Shown here piece after piece: positions 59,841 through 64,000 of a stretch of 64,000 nt of DNA. The notes below the pieces were generated by a model. That model was not told the DNA's origin, did no database searches, and saw only the letters and a list, made by a program, of their open reading frames with translations. The position numbers and the translations under genes were made by a program. The DNA lies in NCBI GenBank assembly GCA_902569095.1, contig CACFSX010000003.1, positions 9,533-73,532 of the forward strand. Reading direction: 5' to 3'. This DNA comes from an uncultured Alphaproteobacteria bacterium. GTDB lineage: Bacteria > Pseudomonadota > Alphaproteobacteria > Methylaequorales > Methylaequoraceae. Numbering within the stretch: the first letter of the stretch is position 1; every line of letters starts with the position of its first letter.

Positions 59841-60650
59841 TCAAATTAGGGTTAATAAAATCCATAAACCAAAAATAACTCTATAAATCACAAAAATAAA
59901 TAATGAAAATCTTCTGACCCACATCACTAGAAAAAATATAAAAAAAAGTGAAAAGATAAAACTCAGAAAAAAAATTATTAAACTGTAAAAATTTATTAAT
60001 ACATCTAAAGAGTTACTAAGTGATACATTGGAAATCATAAAAACCGTTGCTCCAATGATCACTGGAATACTTAAAAGATTTGAGTATTCAACTGAAAACT
60101 GTCGTTGGAAACCAAAGAATCTCATTACAGTTAAAACCGCACCTGATCTACTTACTCCAGGTATAAGTGCTGCGCACTGAAAGATACCAATAAAAAATGA
60201 CATCAAATAATTCAGTGAATAATGATTTTTTATTCTCAAACAAAATTTGTCTACTAAAAATAAGATTATTCCAAAAACAATACTCGATATTGCTATGGTG
60301 AGTAAAATTTTATCCCCACTGTAATCCAAATATTTAGAAATTGCGTAACCAGCTGCAATAATTGGAATTGTTGAAATTATTAGATTTACTAAAATAAATG
60401 AGTTTTTGTCAATATCTGGTCTATCAATCATTTTAATTGAAAATAAAAGATTAATTAGAGTTCTTCGATAATAAGTTATTATAGCTAAAAGTGATCCAAA
60501 ATGTGCAATAATTGTTGCTTGGTGGATGGTTACACCTGAATAATAATCGATAGGATGAACTGAATTAAAAATAATTAGGTGTCCCTGAGAGCTAATGGGT
60601 AGAAATTCTGTGAAACCTTGAATAAGACAAAAAAATAAAAGAGCAACCAA
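59841..60650 (-). CDS. uppP: undecaprenyl-diphosphatase
   Basis: TEFLPISSQGHL and GVSRSGA motifs; 8 TM helices. Confidence 0.85.
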   Translation of the reverse strand: MVALLFFCLIQGFTEFLPISSQGHLIIFNSVHPIDYYSGVTIHQATIIAHFGSLLAIITYYRRTLINLLFSIKMIDRPDIDKNSFILVNLIISTIPIIAAGYAISKYLDYSGDKILLTIAISSIVFGIILFLVDKFCLRIKNHYSLNYLMSFFIGIFQCAALIPGVSRSGAVLTVMRFFGFQRQFSVEYSNLLSIPVIIGATVFMISNVSLSNSLDVLINFYSLIIFFLSFIFSLFFIFFLVMWVRRFSLFIFVIYRVIFGLWILLTLI

Positions 60651-60743
60651 GCTTTTAAATACCTCTAAATTTAATAATAATACTATAAAATAAAATTAAA
60701 ATGATTTATTATAAAAATATATAAACATGTACAAATTCATATA

Positions 60744-61637
60744 ATGAATATAAAAAATTTTGATCTTAATCTACTTCTAGTTTTTAAAACTCTCTTTGAA
60801 GAGAAAAATGTTACCAGAGCAAGTAAAAAAATGGGAATAACTCAACCCGCTATGAGTAATGCACTAAATAGATTAAGATATCTTGTGAAAGATGATCTTT
60901 TTATCAGGGGGCCAAGAGGCATGAGACCTACTCAAAGAGCTATTGATCTCTCTCTCCCTATACAGAGTGCGTTGAATAATTTAGAGCTGTCGTTATCATC
61001 CATAAACTTTAATCCTCAGACAACAAAAAAGCTTTTTAGGATTTCTATGTCAGATGATGTCGCTCCAATAATACTTCCAAATTTAGTAAATTTTATTGAA
61101 AAAAATTCGCCTTCCTCATCGTTGTGCGTTAGATCAGAACAAGGAAATGAAGCTCTGAAGCTTCTAGATAATAATGAAATTGATTTTGCGGTCGGTCGTT
61201 TTGAAATAATAAATAATAGATTTGGTTATTCTGATCTATTTACGGAAAAGTATGTTTGTATTTTAAGAAAGTCTCACCCATTAGCACTCGAAAATAAATT
61301 ATCTATAGATCAATATCTTTCAGCAAAACATTTGCGAGTTGCGCCAATGGACGCTCCTATTCATCCCATAGACCGAGAACTGTCTCAATTGAACTTCGAA
61401 AGAGAGATATCTGTAAGAATAGATCTGATTACTCTTGCGCCTGTCATAATTAGTAAAACAGATTTGATTTTAACCCTGCCATCTAGAACAGCTCAAAGAA
61501 TGGCTAAAAATTATGATTTCATTATAAATGAACTCCCTCTTGATCTTGAAAAAAGAAAAACAAAAATGGTCTGGCATAAAGAACTCACAAATCATCCAAC
61601 ATTTGATTGGATTAAAAATCAGATTCTAACTATATGA
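60744..61637 (+). CDS. LysR-family transcriptional regulator
   Basis: N-terminal HTH (LNLLLVFKTLFEEKNVTRASKKMGITQPAMSNALNRL) plus a LysR substrate-binding domain. Confidence 0.8.
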   Translation: MNIKNFDLNLLLVFKTLFEEKNVTRASKKMGITQPAMSNALNRLRYLVKDDLFIRGPRGMRPTQRAIDLSLPIQSALNNLELSLSSINFNPQTTKKLFRISMSDDVAPIILPNLVNFIEKNSPSSSLCVRSEQGNEALKLLDNNEIDFAVGRFEIINNRFGYSDLFTEKYVCILRKSHPLALENKLSIDQYLSAKHLRVAPMDAPIHPIDRELSQLNFEREISVRIDLITLAPVIISKTDLILTLPSRTAQRMAKNYDFIINELPLDLEKRKTKMVWHKELTNHPTFDWIKNQILTI

Positions 61638-61638
61638 T

Positions 61639-62532
61639 ATGAAATTAATTTTTTTTGGAGCAGGGTATTGTTCAAAATTCATTCTAGAGAGTTTAGAGGG
61701 TTTTGAAGAAATTATTTGTACGCACAATATAGAATTAACTCCACAAACTTTTGATTCGAGGCTAAAAATAAAAAGAATGACTTTTTTAGAATTTTTGAAA
61801 AATCAGAATTTCTTTTTTTCTGGAGTTACACATTTATTAAATTCTATTCCACCTATTAATAATGGAGATTTGGTATTTGACTTGCTTAGGAAAACAGAAA
61901 ATAAATATTTTAATAAATTAAAATGGCTTGGATATCTCTCTTCAACGAGTGTATACGGAAATTATTTAGGTAAATGGGTGGACGAGCATTCTAAAACTAA
62001 CCCTACTACTACAAGAGGAATAATAAGAAAAAAGGTCGAAGACTCATATTGTAAATTATACAAAGAAGATAATCTTCCCGTGCATATTTTTAGATTACCT
62101 GGAATATATGGACCAGGTAGATCTGTGATTGAAAAATTATTGAATGGTAAAAATCTTGTAATTAGAAAACCTAATCAATTCTTTTCTAGAATTTATGCAG
62201 AGGATATTTCCTCTGCAATAATTAAAAGCATGAAAAATCCAACACCTGGAGAAATTTTTAATGTAACAGATGACAATCCGTCTTCATCAGAGGAAACAAC
62301 TATATACGCCGCAAAATTACTTAAAATTAAAGATTTGACATTCGTAGATATTAATTCACCAAAAGTTAACAAAATTACAAAAGATTTTTATAAAGATAAT
62401 AAAAGAGTATCTAATAAAAAAATAAAAAAAATATTAGGTTGGACACCTAAATTTGAAAGCTATAAATTAGGCTTAAAAGAAATTTTAAATAAAATAAATG
62501 GCAAAAATACTCCAAATAATTCCCTCTCTTGA
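61639..62532 (+). CDS. SDR-family NAD-dependent epimerase/reductase
   Basis: N-terminus IFFGAGYCS and a YGxxK pattern (YGNYLGK). Confidence 0.55.
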   Translation: MKLIFFGAGYCSKFILESLEGFEEIICTHNIELTPQTFDSRLKIKRMTFLEFLKNQNFFFSGVTHLLNSIPPINNGDLVFDLLRKTENKYFNKLKWLGYLSSTSVYGNYLGKWVDEHSKTNPTTTRGIIRKKVEDSYCKLYKEDNLPVHIFRLPGIYGPGRSVIEKLLNGKNLVIRKPNQFFSRIYAEDISSAIIKSMKNPTPGEIFNVTDDNPSSSEETTIYAAKLLKIKDLTFVDINSPKVNKITKDFYKDNKRVSNKKIKKILGWTPKFESYKLGLKEILNKINGKNTPNNSLS

Positions 62533-63664
62533 CCAAATAAATGGAGGAGTTGAAAGAGGAACACTTGACATTGCCAAGGAATTAATAAAAGTTGGATTTC
62601 AATCGTCTTTACTCTCCTCGGGCGGTGAGATGGCTGAAAAATACAAATACCGAGGAGTAGAACATCACGAACTTAATATAAAAAAAAAGGGATTACTGAA
62701 TTACATAATATTAAAAAAAAAGATAAAAAAAATATTTAACGAAACCAAACCAGATATTGTTCATATTAGAAGTCGTTGGCCGGCTTTTTGTTTTAATAAA
62801 ATTGTTAAGCAATTGAGAATTCCTCTTGTCACCACTTATCATGGAACATATTCAGGGTCTAATTTCTTTCTAAAAAAAAAATACAATAGTGTTATGACAG
62901 AAGGAGATAAAGTTATAACTATATCAAAATTTATTGATGATCATGTTAGATTCCACTTTCCGTCGATCAAGTCAAAACTTATTCAAATCAATAGGGGCAT
63001 TGATACAGAATATTTTAACTTAAATTCTGTGACAGAACAAAGAAAAGAGAATTTATTATCAAAGCTAACTTTATCAGAAAATGTTCATGTAATTTTACTG
63101 CCTGCAAGAATAACTTCGTGGAAAGGTCACTTAATTGCCGTGGAAGCTGCCAAACTAATTAGACAGAAAAAACCAGAACTAAACTTTGTTATTTTATTTG
63201 TAGGGAGTGAAGATGGTAAAAAGAAATTTTTAAAAATCTTGAAAAGAAAAATAAAAAAAAATGATCTAGAAAATAAATTCATCTTTTGTGGAAATTTAAA
63301 TGATATGCCTGCTGTATATTCCATCGCTGATATTGTTTTATCTACCTCTACAGAGCCGGAAGCTTTTGGAAGGATAAGTGCAGAGGCATCCTCTATGACA
63401 AAGCCAATTATTTCTTCAAACCATGGGGGTTCAAGAGAAATTATTGAAAATAGTATAACTGGTTGGTTAGTTGAGCCTTCAAATCCAGAGAAACTCTCTG
63501 AGAAAATTTTGGATGTTCTTAATCTTTCTCAGGAACAAAAAGATTCGATTGGACTTTCTGCAAGAAGAAGGGTTGAAGAAAAATTTAGTTTGAATGATAT
63601 GCTAAAAAAAACTCTAAAAGTTTATGAAGAATTGCTCTCTACAAAAAAAAATTTTAATAATTAA
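62498..63664 (+). CDS. glycosyltransferase family 1 (GT4-type)
   Basis: C-terminal EPEAFGRISAEASSMTKPIISSNHGGSREII motif. Confidence 0.8.
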   Translation: MAKILQIIPSLDQINGGVERGTLDIAKELIKVGFQSSLLSSGGEMAEKYKYRGVEHHELNIKKKGLLNYIILKKKIKKIFNETKPDIVHIRSRWPAFCFNKIVKQLRIPLVTTYHGTYSGSNFFLKKKYNSVMTEGDKVITISKFIDDHVRFHFPSIKSKLIQINRGIDTEYFNLNSVTEQRKENLLSKLTLSENVHVILLPARITSWKGHLIAVEAAKLIRQKKPELNFVILFVGSEDGKKKFLKILKRKIKKNDLENKFIFCGNLNDMPAVYSIADIVLSTSTEPEAFGRISAEASSMTKPIISSNHGGSREIIENSITGWLVEPSNPEKLSEKILDVLNLSQEQKDSIGLSARRRVEEKFSLNDMLKKTLKVYEELLSTKKNFNN

Positions 63665-64000
63665 GTTTGGTGGACTAGGAGACGTTATCCTCTCACTAAA
63701 TGCAATTTACTCAATATTCAATCATCATAAAAAATGTAAAATGATTCTTTTAACAGAAGAACCTTATGACAAATTGATGCATAATTCGAATTGGTTTGAA
63801 AAAATTTTTACAATTAGAAGGGGTTTTTTTTATTTCCTTGATCTTTTACGCATAAAAAATGAGATTGACCCAAATGAATTTGATTTCGTATACGACCTTC
63901 AAACGTCCAAAAGATCATCTTCATATTTGAAAATTTTTTTGAAAACAAAGGCAATTACTAATGGTATTGGCAAATATGCGAAAATTCCTCATTTGAAAAA
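63624..64000 (+). CDS. glycosyltransferase family 9 (LPS heptosyltransferase-like), 5' part only
   Basis: KILIIKFGGLGDVILSLNAIYSI is the typical GT9 N-terminus. The start is uncertain (ATG at 63624 overlapping the previous gene), and the ORF runs off the window. Confidence 0.5.
   Translation, partial: MKNCSLQKKILIIKFGGLGDVILSLNAIYSIFNHHKKCKMILLTEEPYDKLMHNSNWFEKIFTIRRGFFYFLDLLRIKNEIDPNEFDFVYDLQTSKRSSSYLKIFLKTKAITNGIGKYAKIPHLK

Overview
This is a very AT-rich, gene-dense chromosomal segment with alphaproteobacterial gene order; it looks like a streamlined marine or freshwater SAR11/Pelagibacterales-type genome, though that is an inference from composition and synteny. It carries the replication-initiation core dnaA-dnaN-recF-gyrB (preceded by rpsT and a rhodanese) and many conserved housekeeping clusters: cysK-Rrf2-dut-coaBC-ubiE/fpg; hldE/UXS/HAD LPS-core genes; polA; hprK-rapZ-EIIA(Man)-HPr~EI-ahcY; tsaE-amgK-murU; sbcB; trxA; folC-accD-trpABF-pyrF-(lapA)-ihfB-sppA-rpsA-cmk-aroA; hsp20-DUF1150; ptsN-hpf-lptBAC-kdsD; uppP; and LysR plus glycosyltransferases at the right edge. 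Two tRNAs are present: Arg on the minus strand and Ala on the plus strand. I found no transposase, integrase, CRISPR array, restriction-modification, toxin-antitoxin or phage-like genes, so this window appears to be core genome rather than an accessory island. The points worth a second look are: (1) a lapA (DUF1049) homolog immediately upstream of pyrF that is intact only if an A13 homopolymer is read as A14; (2) an HPr domain fused in frame to Enzyme I inside an hprK-rapZ-EIIA(Man) cluster; (3) lptCAB-hpf-ptsN with no rpoN between lptB and hpf; (4) a ROSE-like SD-sequestering hairpin in the hsp20 leader; (5) a divergent SUMT-like methylase, secreted ankyrin protein and CbiX-like chelatase cluster; (6) an unlisted zf-CHCC mini-ORF overlapping the polA start. 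All protein assignments are by eye from motifs in the supplied translations; nothing was searched against databases.
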